IMG/VR virus record: IMGVR_UViG_3300035181_001402
Coordinates: 62,001-126,000 of that record
DNA length: 64,000 nucleotides
Direction: 5' to 3' (one strand)
DNA from: an uncultured virus (IMG/VR IMGVR_UViG_3300035181_001402)
Taxonomy: Duplodnaviria; Heunggongvirae; Uroviricota; Caudoviricetes
The notes beneath the pieces are model-generated. The model made no database searches. It was not told the origin of the DNA and was given only the letters and a program-made list of their open reading frames with translations. How positions within the stretch are numbered: the stretch's first letter is position 1; each line of letters begins with the position of its first letter. The position numbers and the translations under genes were made by a program. Shown here in pieces: positions 19,068 through 28,562 of the stretch.

Positions 19068-19526
19068 ATGCGAAGCATTCTCAAGTCGATGATCTGTACG
19101 ACGTTCGAGGCTGTCTGCGGCAAGTGGCAGAGCAAGAAGCCCGTGCCGCAGGCCTTCAAGTTCACGTTCCGCCTTCAGACCAATCACGAGGTGGAAGAGG
19201 GCTACCGCTACCTCGACGTCCTGATCTACGGCGCGTCGAACTACGTCCAGGTCTACTGCCGGGAGCAATCCAACGTCATCTCGCTCGACGACATGGAGGA
19301 ATCGGACCCCGAGGATCAGACGGGCGAGATGGTTCCCAAAGAGGGGAAGGGCTACGTCAAGACCACGAAGCCCTGGGAGAAGGTCGCCGACCACGATTCG
19401 TGCTGGCGCGAAGGGATCGAGAAGATCCTCAAGACCTACGAGCCCCGAATCACAGCGCTCGACTCGCCTCTGTCCACCATGCCCTGGTGGGATCTGGTTC
19501 TCCCTCAAGATGAGGGGATCAGTTGA
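19068..19526 (+). CDS. Hypothetical protein (start 19056 or 19068)
   Basis: Class I promoter at 19030..19056; ends PWWDLVLPQDEGIS. Confidence 0.65.
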   Translation: MRSILKSMICTTFEAVCGKWQSKKPVPQAFKFTFRLQTNHEVEEGYRYLDVLIYGASNYVQVYCREQSNVISLDDMEESDPEDQTGEMVPKEGKGYVKTTKPWEKVADHDSCWREGIEKILKTYEPRITALDSPLSTMPWWDLVLPQDEGIS

Positions 19527-19556
19527 TCCGAAGGGCCTCCAGCTTGTAGCAGAAGC

Positions 19557-19793
19557 ATGGCCCGCAAATCCTCCTCCAAATCCCGTGTCGCCTCCAAGGC
19601 CGACTACGCCCACATCTGCCCGATTTGCAGGATCTACGATCCTTCGCATTTCGTGCATCATCCTGGCTGCCCCTGCGCGGTCATCTTCCCCATCGCGATG
19701 CACATGATCGGCATCAACGCGGCTCGAATGCGGCGAGATGGGGTCAACATCCGGGGCTACGTCAGGACCCCCAAAATCTCGGTCCCCGGTTGA
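19557..19793 (+). CDS. Small Cys/His-rich hypothetical protein
   Basis: CPIC..HHPGCPC; class I promoter. Confidence 0.6.
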   Translation: MARKSSSKSRVASKADYAHICPICRIYDPSHFVHHPGCPCAVIFPIAMHMIGINAARMRRDGVNIRGYVRTPKISVPG

Positions 19794-20098
19794 TCCCTAT
19801 GCTCCTACCTCTGTATGGTGGCCATGAAAGCAGCCAAGCTTGCACGGTCCTTCAAGAAGAACTCCCTCCCGGTTCTCTCGCATAGCGAGGGCATCGAAGA
19901 GCTGGACGGCGAGGTCGTCCTGACCGACACCGTCATTTGCGTCCCTTGAACGGGGACGCAAATGACGGTGTCTCAGAAGGTGGGGGAGAACTTCATCCTC
20001 TACCCCACGACCCGCAAAGTTTCGGCCGTTCTCGATCAACTACGGGCTATTTTTCAGCCCGTTTCGGTGTAGTAACCCCCGAAGGAAAACCAACGAAA

Positions 20099-22669
20099 AT
20101 GCCCTCACGATCTTTCCGAATCACCACCAGTCTCTTCCTCGTTCTCGCCGCCGTCAGCACGGCCACGCCGGCTGTTGCGGCCCCCGTGCCGGTCAACAAC
20201 TACGTCTGCATCGACGGGTCTGGCAGCATGTACGGGACCATCGACGACCTGCGAAACCAGGTCAAGATGAAGCTCCCGTCGATCATGGGTCCCAACGACA
20301 CCCTCTCGATGGTCGTCTTCTCCAGCCGTGGCGAGGTCCACAAGGTCTGCGAGGGCGTCAAGATGGCGGATTTCAAGTCCGTCTACCCGCTCATCGATCG
20401 CCTGGTCCGGGCCACGAACTACACGGGTTTCATCGACCCCCTGAAGGAGATCGCGGCCATGCGTGATCGGGTCGGGGCGAAGCACCCGGGAGCCAACTCG
20501 TTCTGGTTCCTCAGCGACGGTGACGAGAACCAGGGCAGCCGGGCTCAGGTCATCGATGCCATGAAGCTCGCGTCCGCCAAGATGGACAGCGTCACGGTCG
20601 TCGAGTTCGGTCGATACGCCAACCGCGCGCTCCTCACCGACATGGCCACCGTGGGCAACGGTCGTCGTCTCTTCGCGGCCAACTTCGCAGCCTACGAGCC
20701 GGAGTTCGAGGCCACCATGGGTCGCAAGCTCACGGGCGGCAAGCGTGTCGACGTCAAGCTCGACGGAGAGCCCGTCGCGGGCCTCGTGTACGGCTTCCAG
20801 GGCAACGACCTGCTCACGTTCTCGGTCGCCAACGGCTTCGTCTCGGTCCCCGAGGATGTGACGGCGATCTCGTACATCTCGGCCACGGCGGTGGGCGATG
20901 CAACCCGTCACCTCTCGCTCACGCAGCTCGCCAAGGACAACAACGACAAGGTCAAGGGCGACTACACGGGGCTCGACAACGCCTACGCGGCCTTGAGCCT
21001 CTTCGCGGTGCGCCTCAAGGGCGAGGTCGTGATCCCGCTCCTCAAGGCCCTCGGCGACGTCAAGCTCATCGAGGCCTTCTCGACCTGCTTCGGCAAGGAG
21101 AAGTACTCCGACTTCGAGAAGCTCGCTCGCGAGGCGGCCTTCGGTCGCGGGCGGTTCGAGAAGGGCTACAACCCCGACGCCGTCCCCGCGGACGACGCCT
21201 TCACGGTCTTCCGCCTCCTGGAGATCCTCACCAAGAACCCGGGAAACAAGCTCCGGATCGAGGAGTTCGAGAAGAGCTACGCGAAGATCGGCCGCGCGAA
21301 GATCGCTTCCGCCGAGAACCTCACGGTGGATGAGGCCGCGAAGGTCGGGGAGTACAACGCCGAGATCGACGTGCTCCGTGCGGACATGAAGGGCAAGCGC
21401 TCCTCGATGGTCATCGAGCAGATCAAGGAGAAGATCGCCGTCGTCGAGGCGAAGATCCAGGCCATCCTGGACTCGAAGTCTCCGGCCCTCAAGTTCGAGG
21501 CGACCCCGGTCCCGGAAGGGATCCCGATGACGAGCCTCGTCTTCAACGAGGAGACCCCCAACGTCTCCGTGCTGACGACGCGTCAGGGCAAGGTGGCTCT
21601 CAAGGACCGGATCCAGGCGGAGATGGCTCGCCTCGTCGCGGACAGCAAGGCGACCCCCGCAAACGACAGCGAGAACGCGGACAAGCTCCTCCAGATCGCC
21701 AAGATCCCCGAGGTGATGGACACCTTCCGCTACCGCAACTACGCCCCCATCAAGGACGGCTGGTGCAACGCCGACGAGCTTCCGGTTCGTCTGACGAAGG
21801 CCACCCTGGACGAGCTGGTCGCGGCGGGCTTCACGATGGCCATGCTCAAGGACCCGCCCACGAGCTTCCCGACGGCGGGTGATGTCGACGTCACGATCAT
21901 CCTGAAGGGGATGCCGACGATGAACCGCCAGATGGTGAAGGAGACTTCGGCGCTCAAGCTCTTCGAGCTGGAGTACCGCCTCACCAAGCTCCGGGCGGCG
22001 CAGAAGGTCTACAAGGCCTTCAAGACCGAGACGGTGGGAGCGAAGAAGTCGGAAGGCTTCGTGGCCATCTACGGCGAGCACGCGGAGAAGTTCCTCAAGG
22101 AGCTGGGACTCACGGAGTCCGGCGGCTTCGCTCCGAAGGTGACGACGGCCGACCCGATCGACTTCTACATGAGCCGGATCCTCACGGTCATGCTCTACGA
22201 GGAGGGCGCCAAGGACAAGATCGCGGCCGGCAAGGCAGCCACGGGCAAGCTCGACACGCTCCCGAGCATGGCGGAGCTGAACAAGAAGATCGCCGCGAAC
22301 GGCAAGATGGCCGGCGGGGCGGCTCTCATGGCGGAGGTCGTCAAGGAGGTGGAAGCCTTCAAGAAGTCCGACGTCTACACGAAGGCGAAGGACCCGGAGA
22401 CGCTCTTCGCGGCCTGGATCGAGGGGCAGGCCGACCAGACGGTCAAGGAGACGCGGGCAGCGCTCCGTGAGAAGGCTCAGATGGTCTTCTCGATCATCGT
22501 CGGGCAGGTCTGGTTCTCCGAGCCGGAGTACGCGACCCCGGTCGCCTTCACGATCCCGACGAAGAAGGACCCCCGGAACCTCCTCGGCACCCTGGCGACG
22601 ATGACGACGGTCGACGGCTCCAAGGTCGACTTCATCGTCGGGCAGGAAGAGGAAAAGGTCCTCGTCTAG
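20099..22669 (+). CDS. Large von Willebrand factor A domain protein
   Basis: MIDAS IDGSGSM, T, FLSDG; very strong codon bias. Confidence 0.85.
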   Translation: MPSRSFRITTSLFLVLAAVSTATPAVAAPVPVNNYVCIDGSGSMYGTIDDLRNQVKMKLPSIMGPNDTLSMVVFSSRGEVHKVCEGVKMADFKSVYPLIDRLVRATNYTGFIDPLKEIAAMRDRVGAKHPGANSFWFLSDGDENQGSRAQVIDAMKLASAKMDSVTVVEFGRYANRALLTDMATVGNGRRLFAANFAAYEPEFEATMGRKLTGGKRVDVKLDGEPVAGLVYGFQGNDLLTFSVANGFVSVPEDVTAISYISATAVGDATRHLSLTQLAKDNNDKVKGDYTGLDNAYAALSLFAVRLKGEVVIPLLKALGDVKLIEAFSTCFGKEKYSDFEKLAREAAFGRGRFEKGYNPDAVPADDAFTVFRLLEILTKNPGNKLRIEEFEKSYAKIGRAKIASAENLTVDEAAKVGEYNAEIDVLRADMKGKRSSMVIEQIKEKIAVVEAKIQAILDSKSPALKFEATPVPEGIPMTSLVFNEETPNVSVLTTRQGKVALKDRIQAEMARLVADSKATPANDSENADKLLQIAKIPEVMDTFRYRNYAPIKDGWCNADELPVRLTKATLDELVAAGFTMAMLKDPPTSFPTAGDVDVTIILKGMPTMNRQMVKETSALKLFELEYRLTKLRAAQKVYKAFKTETVGAKKSEGFVAIYGEHAEKFLKELGLTESGGFAPKVTTADPIDFYMSRILTVMLYEEGAKDKIAAGKAATGKLDTLPSMAELNKKIAANGKMAGGAALMAEVVKEVEAFKKSDVYTKAKDPETLFAAWIEGQADQTVKETRAALREKAQMVFSIIVGQVWFSEPEYATPVAFTIPTKKDPRNLLGTLATMTTVDGSKVDFIVGQEEEKVLV

Positions 22670-22896
22670 GGGTTGATCCGAGACATGGTCCCTCTGTAGA
22701 AGGGGGACCATGTCTGACCCCATTTCCTCCCGCGTCGTGATGACCCCCATTATCAAGTGGGTCGTCCGTATCCTACTCGTCGTGGCGGCGAAGAACGCAG
22801 TCCCCGCGGACTCAGTCGACTTCACCCCCGCCGAGTCCCACGACTCCCCCTCCAGCGAAATCTACGTCGGCTGAGCTTTTTGGTGTACCTGTTGGT

Positions 22897-23370
22897 ATGG
22901 CCAAGAAGCTCTTTCATGATGACGACTGCGGGGAATTCCTGGATCAGACCGGAATGTGCCCGAAGTGCAGGTTCCACCCGGACATGCAAAGCACCTCCTT
23001 CAAAGAGGTGCCTGACGCCGACCACACGGCAGGAAGACACACCATGATCAGTATCAAAGGTTTGAACAAGGCTTCTGTTTTGGTGGCGCTGTGCAACGCC
23101 ACCCAACCCCTCGGTTTGGGGCGGCTTCAAGCTGGGATCTCTCCGAGTGAGGCCAATGCCTCCGAGAAGCTCGCCCAGTCGTCCAACATCGATTACTTCC
23201 TGGGGCGGCCCATCAAGGCCGATCTCAGCGGCGACGAGTTCGACGAGAGGCTCTTCGATCGTGATGCGGGCCCGGGGGCGGCCAAGAATGCCACCACCAA
23301 GCTGCGCGCTTCTCTCAAATCCGAGTCGACGCCTTTCAGCAAGGCTCTTCTCGACGACGATATCGGCTGA
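22897..23370 (+). CDS. Hypothetical protein with C-terminal tag cassette
   Basis: DYFLGRPIKADLSGDEFDERLFDRDAGPG; ends STPFSKALLDDDIG. Confidence 0.75.
   Translation: MAKKLFHDDDCGEFLDQTGMCPKCRFHPDMQSTSFKEVPDADHTAGRHTMISIKGLNKASVLVALCNATQPLGLGRLQAGISPSEANASEKLAQSSNIDYFLGRPIKADLSGDEFDERLFDRDAGPGAAKNATTKLRASLKSESTPFSKALLDDDIG
23321..23370 (+). repeat. 50-bp dispersed repeat copy 2 (tag cassette)
   Basis: 46/50 identical to 15040..15089. Confidence 0.9.
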
Positions 23371-23376
23371 AGTCTC

Positions 23377-23382
23377 GGTGTA
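23377..23382 (+). promoter_or_regulatory. Class II element GGTGTA (representative of at least 22 copies 9-13 nt before start codons)
   Basis: cGGTGTAgccggggggcATG. Confidence 0.65.
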
Positions 23383-23392
23383 GCCGGGGGGC

Positions 23393-24112
23393 ATGAAGCT
23401 ACTCGGAATCTCTGGTCTTGCGGGCTCTGGCAAAGACACCGTTGCCAATTTCCTCCGCAACCTCAACTTCGTTCCCATCGCCCTAGCGGATCCTCTCAAG
23501 AGGATCTGCCGAGAGGTCTTCGACTTCACGGAGGACCAGCTCTGGGGTCCCTCGGCAAGCCGCAACAAGCCGGACACGCGATACCTCCGCAAGCACGGCC
23601 CCTGGACGACGGACAGCAAGTGCGCTTGCTGCGGCATGCCTGGGAAACTCGACGGATTCGAGGAAGGCGGTCCTTGCCACCTCACGCCTCGATTCGCTCT
23701 CCAGATGCTCGGCACCGAATGGGGTCGAGCATGTTTCGACAACACCTGGGTGAACCTCGCGATCCAGAACGCCAGGAAGCTACTCGGGCCGAATCTGGTG
23801 GGGTACAACCAGATGACAGGCTTCTACAGCCTCGTGACGGCTCTGGAGATCCCGACCTTTGGCCAAGGGGTGGCCATTTCCGACGTTCGATTCAAGAACG
23901 AGATGACCGCCATCAAGGAAGCCGGCGGGAAGCTCATTCGGGTCGTGCGGCCCGGGGCTGGGCTGAAGGGGGCGACGGGGCTTCACGCGAGCGAGGTCGA
24001 GCAGATGTCGATCCCCAACGAAAACTTTGACGTCGTCATCGTCAACGATGGGACGCTCGATGACCTGGCGAGATGCGCCAGGGAGGCAGCCGAATCTCTG
24101 GCCTTTGGCTGA
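23393..24112 (+). CDS. Deoxynucleoside monophosphate kinase
   Basis: GLAGSGKDT, ADPLK, TPRFALQMLGTEWGR, SDVRFKNE, HASE. Confidence 0.9.
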   Translation: MKLLGISGLAGSGKDTVANFLRNLNFVPIALADPLKRICREVFDFTEDQLWGPSASRNKPDTRYLRKHGPWTTDSKCACCGMPGKLDGFEEGGPCHLTPRFALQMLGTEWGRACFDNTWVNLAIQNARKLLGPNLVGYNQMTGFYSLVTALEIPTFGQGVAISDVRFKNEMTAIKEAGGKLIRVVRPGAGLKGATGLHASEVEQMSIPNENFDVVIVNDGTLDDLARCAREAAESLAFG

Positions 24113-24402
24113 GGTCATTTCGGTGTATGATCCACCGTGACAAAGAAGCTCACAGAAGATCAAAAACGCCTCCGAGGCGCCGCGCTAGCCATCCGAATTG
24201 GTGAAGCCGTGGCCGTCGAGCTGTTCACGGCCTTCCAAAAGCTTGAGAACAGGGGCCCGCCTTCGTCTGGCCCGACACCCTCCACAAAATACTCCCTGGG
24301 ATGGTGAAGACACAGTGCTGTATGGCCTGCGTCAAAAAGCACTATGGGGTGGGGCAGGAAGCTGCCAAGAAGAAGCTTCAAGAACTTCTGGAGAGCTAGA
24401 TC

Positions 24403-24708
24403 ATGGGCTGGGCAGCACACCACATCGCGAAGCTTCAAAAGGGTGAGGTCGTTCAATTTCGACCTCACGGCCACTCGATGACAGGGAAGATCGAGAGCGG
24501 CCAGCTCGTGACGATCGAGCCCCTGCTGATGGCGACCCCCCTGGAGATGGGGGACATCGTCCTTTGCAAGGTGAAGGGCAACGAGTACGTCCACCTCATC
24601 TCCGCGGTGCGCGACCGCCAGTACCAGATATCCAACAACAAAGGGCACGTCAACGGCTGGGTGACCCGAGGAGCCATCTTCGGGAAGTGCGTCCGAGTCG
24701 CTCCGTGA
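24403..24708 (+). CDS. S24/S26 peptidase-like small protein
   Basis: GHSM..IESGQLV..GDIVLCKV...VHLI. Confidence 0.6.
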   Translation: MGWAAHHIAKLQKGEVVQFRPHGHSMTGKIESGQLVTIEPLLMATPLEMGDIVLCKVKGNEYVHLISAVRDRQYQISNNKGHVNGWVTRGAIFGKCVRVAP

Positions 24709-24920
24709 GCTACCGCGCGACCCGAAACTTCACGGTAAAGCATGGTCCTGGAAGAGACCAAGTATTCAGAGCAGGGGATATCATTTCTGATGACCTGTTC
24801 AGAGAACATCCTGCACTTCAAGGAGCTGTTCACCAGGGATGGTTGGTGGGAATCCCTGAAGTCCCTCGTGGAGTATATCCTACCTGGCAAGCCCATTTGC
24901 TCGCGGACGAGATCATCTGA
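24705..24920 (+). CDS. Small paralog 1 of YRA family with W-tag
   Basis: SYRATRNF..GWLV..PTWQAHLLADEII. Confidence 0.7.
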   Translation: MSYRATRNFTVKHGPGRDQVFRAGDIISDDLFREHPALQGAVHQGWLVGIPEVPRGVYPTWQAHLLADEII

Positions 24921-24922
24921 GC

Positions 24923-25111
24923 ATGCCGTATAGGGCGACCCAAGAATTCTACTACTCGCTGATGCTCGGCGACATCACGGTCTACAAGGACGACATCGTG
25001 TCGGACTGGGAAGTGAAAGAGTACAATCTGGAGGACGCTATCAAGCAGGGTTGGCTTGTCTCATCCGAGCCCCCTACTTGGCAAGAGCGCTTGCTCGCGG
25101 ACGACCTATGA
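24923..25111 (+). CDS. Small paralog 2 of YRA family with W-tag
   Basis: PYRATQEF..GWLV..PTWQERLLADDL. Confidence 0.75.
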   Translation: MPYRATQEFYYSLMLGDITVYKDDIVSDWEVKEYNLEDAIKQGWLVSSEPPTWQERLLADDL

Positions 25112-25305
25112 AATACCGTGCAATGAAGGACTTCTTTGGGGTAGGCAACTCCATCCTCTTCGCCAAGGGGGCGACCATCACCGAAGAGGACTTGGTGCGG
25201 CAGCCCTGGTTGCAGCGCTCTATCTTCTCGGGGACGATTGTCGAGGTGCCGGAGGAGGCATCGAAGCAAGCAACCTGGCACGATCACCTCATGGAAGACG
25301 ACTGA
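25108..25305 (+). CDS. Small paralog 3 of YRA family with W-tag
   Basis: KYRAMKDF..ATWHDHLMEDD. Confidence 0.7.
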   Translation: MKYRAMKDFFGVGNSILFAKGATITEEDLVRQPWLQRSIFSGTIVEVPEEASKQATWHDHLMEDD

Positions 25306-25311
25306 GAAGTC

Positions 25312-25566
25312 ATGGCCGAGATCGACGAAATGTGGGACCTCTTGCACCCACCGTCCCCAACTCCTCCTCGGACCTCGGGCAAGATCGAACCCATCTCGTG
25401 CTTTCGAGGGCTTCGTTTGGAGCCTAAACCCCATCTCGTGCTCGGCACAACGATAGAGGGTCTCCGGTTTGCCATCGAACAGCTCTGGTGGGAGATTTCT
25501 GCTTTTTCTCATGAGAAAGAGATTTCAGGCCTCCTTCCCTGTCTGATCTATCCTCCGAAGCACTGA
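25312..25566 (+). CDS. Hypothetical protein
   Basis: MAEIDEMWDLLHPP; in operon. Confidence 0.55.
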   Translation: MAEIDEMWDLLHPPSPTPPRTSGKIEPISCFRGLRLEPKPHLVLGTTIEGLRFAIEQLWWEISAFSHEKEISGLLPCLIYPPKH

Positions 25567-25856
25567 CAAGAGATACGACACGACCTTGCCAGGCTCCAAG
25601 AGCTGGGTACGCAATCCTTCATCGGGACGATGGATTGCTTCGTCATTGACTGCTTCTGGTTTGTCTCGGGGGAAGACGTCCAAAGCCGGGTCCTGTTCTG
25701 CGACCCCTCTGGGACCCTCTCCAGGATGTCTGAAGAGGACGCTGATGCGTTCTACCGTGCCTACGATGTGGGCATCGAACACACCTCCGAAATTCTCCGC
25801 TCGAAAGGTCTCTGGTAGTTGATCCGCGGAAGGGTCGAGCTGTATTGCTCCCCGCC

Positions 25857-26021
25857 ATGACGATCGACTACAACGACCTCTTCAACGCGGACCCCGCGAA
25901 CGTCGTCAGGCTTGCCCGAGCCCTCAAGATTCCGCTCGGGACGAAGTCTCACGACGGCCTGTGCAAGGCCGTCGCGCAGTGGATCCGCAAGAACCCCACC
26001 CCGAAGCTGAAAAACCGCTAG
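25857..26021 (+). CDS. Small hypothetical protein
   Basis: MTIDYNDLFNADPANVVRLARALKI; class I promoter at 25818..25844. Confidence 0.6.
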   Translation: MTIDYNDLFNADPANVVRLARALKIPLGTKSHDGLCKAVAQWIRKNPTPKLKNR

Positions 26022-26105
26022 GGATTCCGAGGGGTTAGCAACAATCGTCCGCCAGCCTGTTGATTTGTGTGAAAAGCACACCATGGTTGGTGTAGAAGAA
26101 ACACC

Positions 26106-26822
26106 ATGAGTCACACGTACGAATATCCCCGACCGTCCGTCACGGTCGACTGCGTTGTCTTCGGCGTCGCAGACCATCTCAAGGAGATGCACGTTCTCCT
26201 GATCCGCCGTGGCTCCGATCCCTTTCAGGGGTTGTGGGCTCTTCCGGGCGGGTTCGTCGAGACCTCGGATACCGGGAATCAGGGCGAGTCCCTGGACGAA
26301 GCGGCGCAACGTGAGCTGAGCGAGGAGACGGGGGCTCAAGTGGGCTTTCTGGAGCAGCTCGGCACCTACGGAACCCCCGGGAGAGACCCGCGAGGCCGGG
26401 TGATCTCGGTCGCCTACTACGCTCTGGTCCGCCTGGAAGACCATCCGGTCAAGGGTGGTGATGATGCGGCAGAGGCCAAGTGGTGGCCGATCGAGAAAGC
26501 CCTCCAGATGTACAAGGCTTTCGATCACGACAAGATTCTCAAGGATGCTTGGGCAAGGCTCCAGGCGAAGGTTCGATATGCCCCCATCGGGTTCAACCTT
26601 CTTCCGCCGAAGTTCTCTCTGACGGAGCTGCAATCGCTCTACGAGCTGATCCTCAATCGGACGCTCGACAAGCGGAACTTCCGCAAGCGCATCCTGGCAA
26701 TGGGCATCCTCAAAGAGGCGGGTGTCCAGGTTGGTGTTCCGCACCGACGAGCAACCCTCTACAGATTCGACAGCGTTGCTTACGAGCGAGCTGTTCGTGA
26801 AGGTTTCAACTTCGAGATTTGA
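26106..26822 (+). CDS. nrtR: NrtR-family Nudix hydrolase / wHTH regulator
   Basis: [68 protein letters not shown]. Confidence 0.9.
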   Translation: MSHTYEYPRPSVTVDCVVFGVADHLKEMHVLLIRRGSDPFQGLWALPGGFVETSDTGNQGESLDEAAQRELSEETGAQVGFLEQLGTYGTPGRDPRGRVISVAYYALVRLEDHPVKGGDDAAEAKWWPIEKALQMYKAFDHDKILKDAWARLQAKVRYAPIGFNLLPPKFSLTELQSLYELILNRTLDKRNFRKRILAMGILKEAGVQVGVPHRRATLYRFDSVAYERAVREGFNFEI

Positions 26823-28219
26823 TGGAGACCCCCATGACCACGTACGAAACGAACCCGATCCTCGACACCGACAGCTACAAGCTCTCGCACCCCGAGCTGC
26901 AATATCCGCCGGGCATGACGCGCATGTTCAACTACTTCGAGTCGCGCGGTGGCCGCTACGGCTCGACCCTGTTCTTCGGCCTCAGCTACCTGTGCCAGGA
27001 GTACCTCAGCAAGGGCTTCACGCAGGCCCACGTCAACGAAGCGGCCGACTTCGCCGCTCTCCATGGTGAGCCCTTCCCCAAGGCCGCCTGGGACCGTCTG
27101 GTGGCCAAGGGCGGCTTCTACCCGGTGAAGATCAACGCGGTTCCGGAAGGCACGCTCGTCCCGACGCACAACGTGCTCATGACCGTCGAGTCGACGGATT
27201 CCGAGGCTCCGTGGGTCGGCTCGTGGATCGAGAACCAGCTCGTGCGCCTCTGGTATCCGATCACCGTCGCCACCCAGTCGTTCTTCATCAAGAAGATCAT
27301 CTTCGAGGCCCTCGTGAAGTCCTCGGATGACCCGGTCGGCGAGATCGGATTCAAGCTCCACGACTTCGGCAGCCGGGGCGTCAGCTCGCGGGAATCGGCC
27401 GGCATCGGCGGCATGAGCCACCTGGTCAACTTCCTCGGCTCGGACACCATCGAGGGCATCCGCTTCGCCAACTTCTACTACAAGGACAAGATGGCGGGCT
27501 TCTCGATCCCCGCGTCGGAGCACTCGACGATCACGAGCTGGGGCAAGTCGAACGAGATCGACGCCTACCGCAACATGGTTCACCAGTTCGCGAAGCCGGG
27601 CAAGATGTTCGCCTGCGTCAGCGACTCCTACGACCTCTACAACACGGTCGAGAACATCTGGGGTGACACCCTCCGCGAGGAGATCAAGGAGTCGGGCGCG
27701 ACCCTCGTGATCCGGCCGGACTCGGGCAATCCTTCGGAGGTCATCCTCAAGTGTCTCCATATCTTGGAGCGCAAGGTCGGGATGACGACCAACACCAAGG
27801 GCTTCAAGGTCCTTCCGAAGTACATCCGCCTGATCCAGGGCGACGGCGTGAACGAGGAGTCGATTCGCGAGATCCTCAACGTGATGATGGCCAACGGCTA
27901 CAGCGCCTCGAACATCGGATTCGGCATGGGTGGCGCTCTGCTTCAGGGTGTCAATCGCGACACCCAGCGCTTCGCCTACAAGTGCTCGAACATCGTGGTC
28001 GACGGCGAGCCCCGGGATGTCTTCAAGGACCCCGTCACCGACAAGGGCAAGCGCTCGAAGGCAGGGCTCCTCGACCTCATACACGAGAACGGCGAGTACA
28101 AGACCGTCCAGGGCTTGCGCCGGAACAGCGCCCTCATCCCGGTCTTCGAGAACGGGAAGATCCTGGTTCAGCCGACCCTCGCCGAGATCCGGAAAATCTC
28201 GGAACGTCACATCTTCTGA
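26822..28219 (+). CDS. nadV: Nicotinamide phosphoribosyltransferase (NAMPT family)
   Basis: DTDSYK, LHDFGSRG, SIPASEHS, VSDSYD, RPDSG, IQGDG, GMGGALLQ, RDTQRFAYKC. Confidence 0.93.
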   Translation: METPMTTYETNPILDTDSYKLSHPELQYPPGMTRMFNYFESRGGRYGSTLFFGLSYLCQEYLSKGFTQAHVNEAADFAALHGEPFPKAAWDRLVAKGGFYPVKINAVPEGTLVPTHNVLMTVESTDSEAPWVGSWIENQLVRLWYPITVATQSFFIKKIIFEALVKSSDDPVGEIGFKLHDFGSRGVSSRESAGIGGMSHLVNFLGSDTIEGIRFANFYYKDKMAGFSIPASEHSTITSWGKSNEIDAYRNMVHQFAKPGKMFACVSDSYDLYNTVENIWGDTLREEIKESGATLVIRPDSGNPSEVILKCLHILERKVGMTTNTKGFKVLPKYIRLIQGDGVNEESIREILNVMMANGYSASNIGFGMGGALLQGVNRDTQRFAYKCSNIVVDGEPRDVFKDPVTDKGKRSKAGLLDLIHENGEYKTVQGLRRNSALIPVFENGKILVQPTLAEIRKISERHIF

Positions 28220-28307
28220 CCCCAAGAAGAAAACTTCGGTAGATGAAGGGTATCTGGTGTATCTCTCATCTACCGAAGTCGACCCCCAAGAAGAAAAGAG
28301 GCCCCCC

Positions 28308-28487
28308 ATGGGCAGCAGCGTCTACAGCGAAGAGTTCAGCGACAGTGCCAAGAAGGCTGTGAGCGAGACCGTCCCGGCGACCCCGGCGGTGGTCGCTCCG
28401 ACGGTCCCGGAAACCAAGGAAGAGCCCCCGGTCACGACCCCGGCTCCCACCACGACCCCGACCGGCGAGACCCCGGCGACCCCCTGA
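28308..28487 (+). CDS. Small Pro/Thr-rich protein
   Basis: MGSSVYSEEF...TTPAPTTTPTGETPATP. Confidence 0.55.
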   Translation: MGSSVYSEEFSDSAKKAVSETVPATPAVVAPTVPETKEEPPVTTPAPTTTPTGETPATP

Positions 28488-28562
28488 AGCGATGTTGGGG
28501 TTGCCGCATAGTGCGAGTGACCCCAACACCTTCTCACCTGAGACGAAGAAAGAGAGTCCCCC

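Noticed and set aside
19824..20072. TGA stop-codon recoding
   Set aside because: Only one in-frame TGA case; TGA terminates many genes with ATGA overlaps, and long enzymes are intact under the standard code.
20105..22825. 906-aa minus-strand ORF (also 26780..28309, 28662..29660, 40579..42576 and similar)
   Set aside because: Antisense shadows of GC3-rich real genes; no recognisable motifs or upstream elements.
15040..23370. Diversity-generating retroelement TR/VR pair
   Set aside because: Only 50 bp, both copies are coding 3' ends, mismatches are not confined to adenines of one copy, and no reverse transcriptase is in the window.
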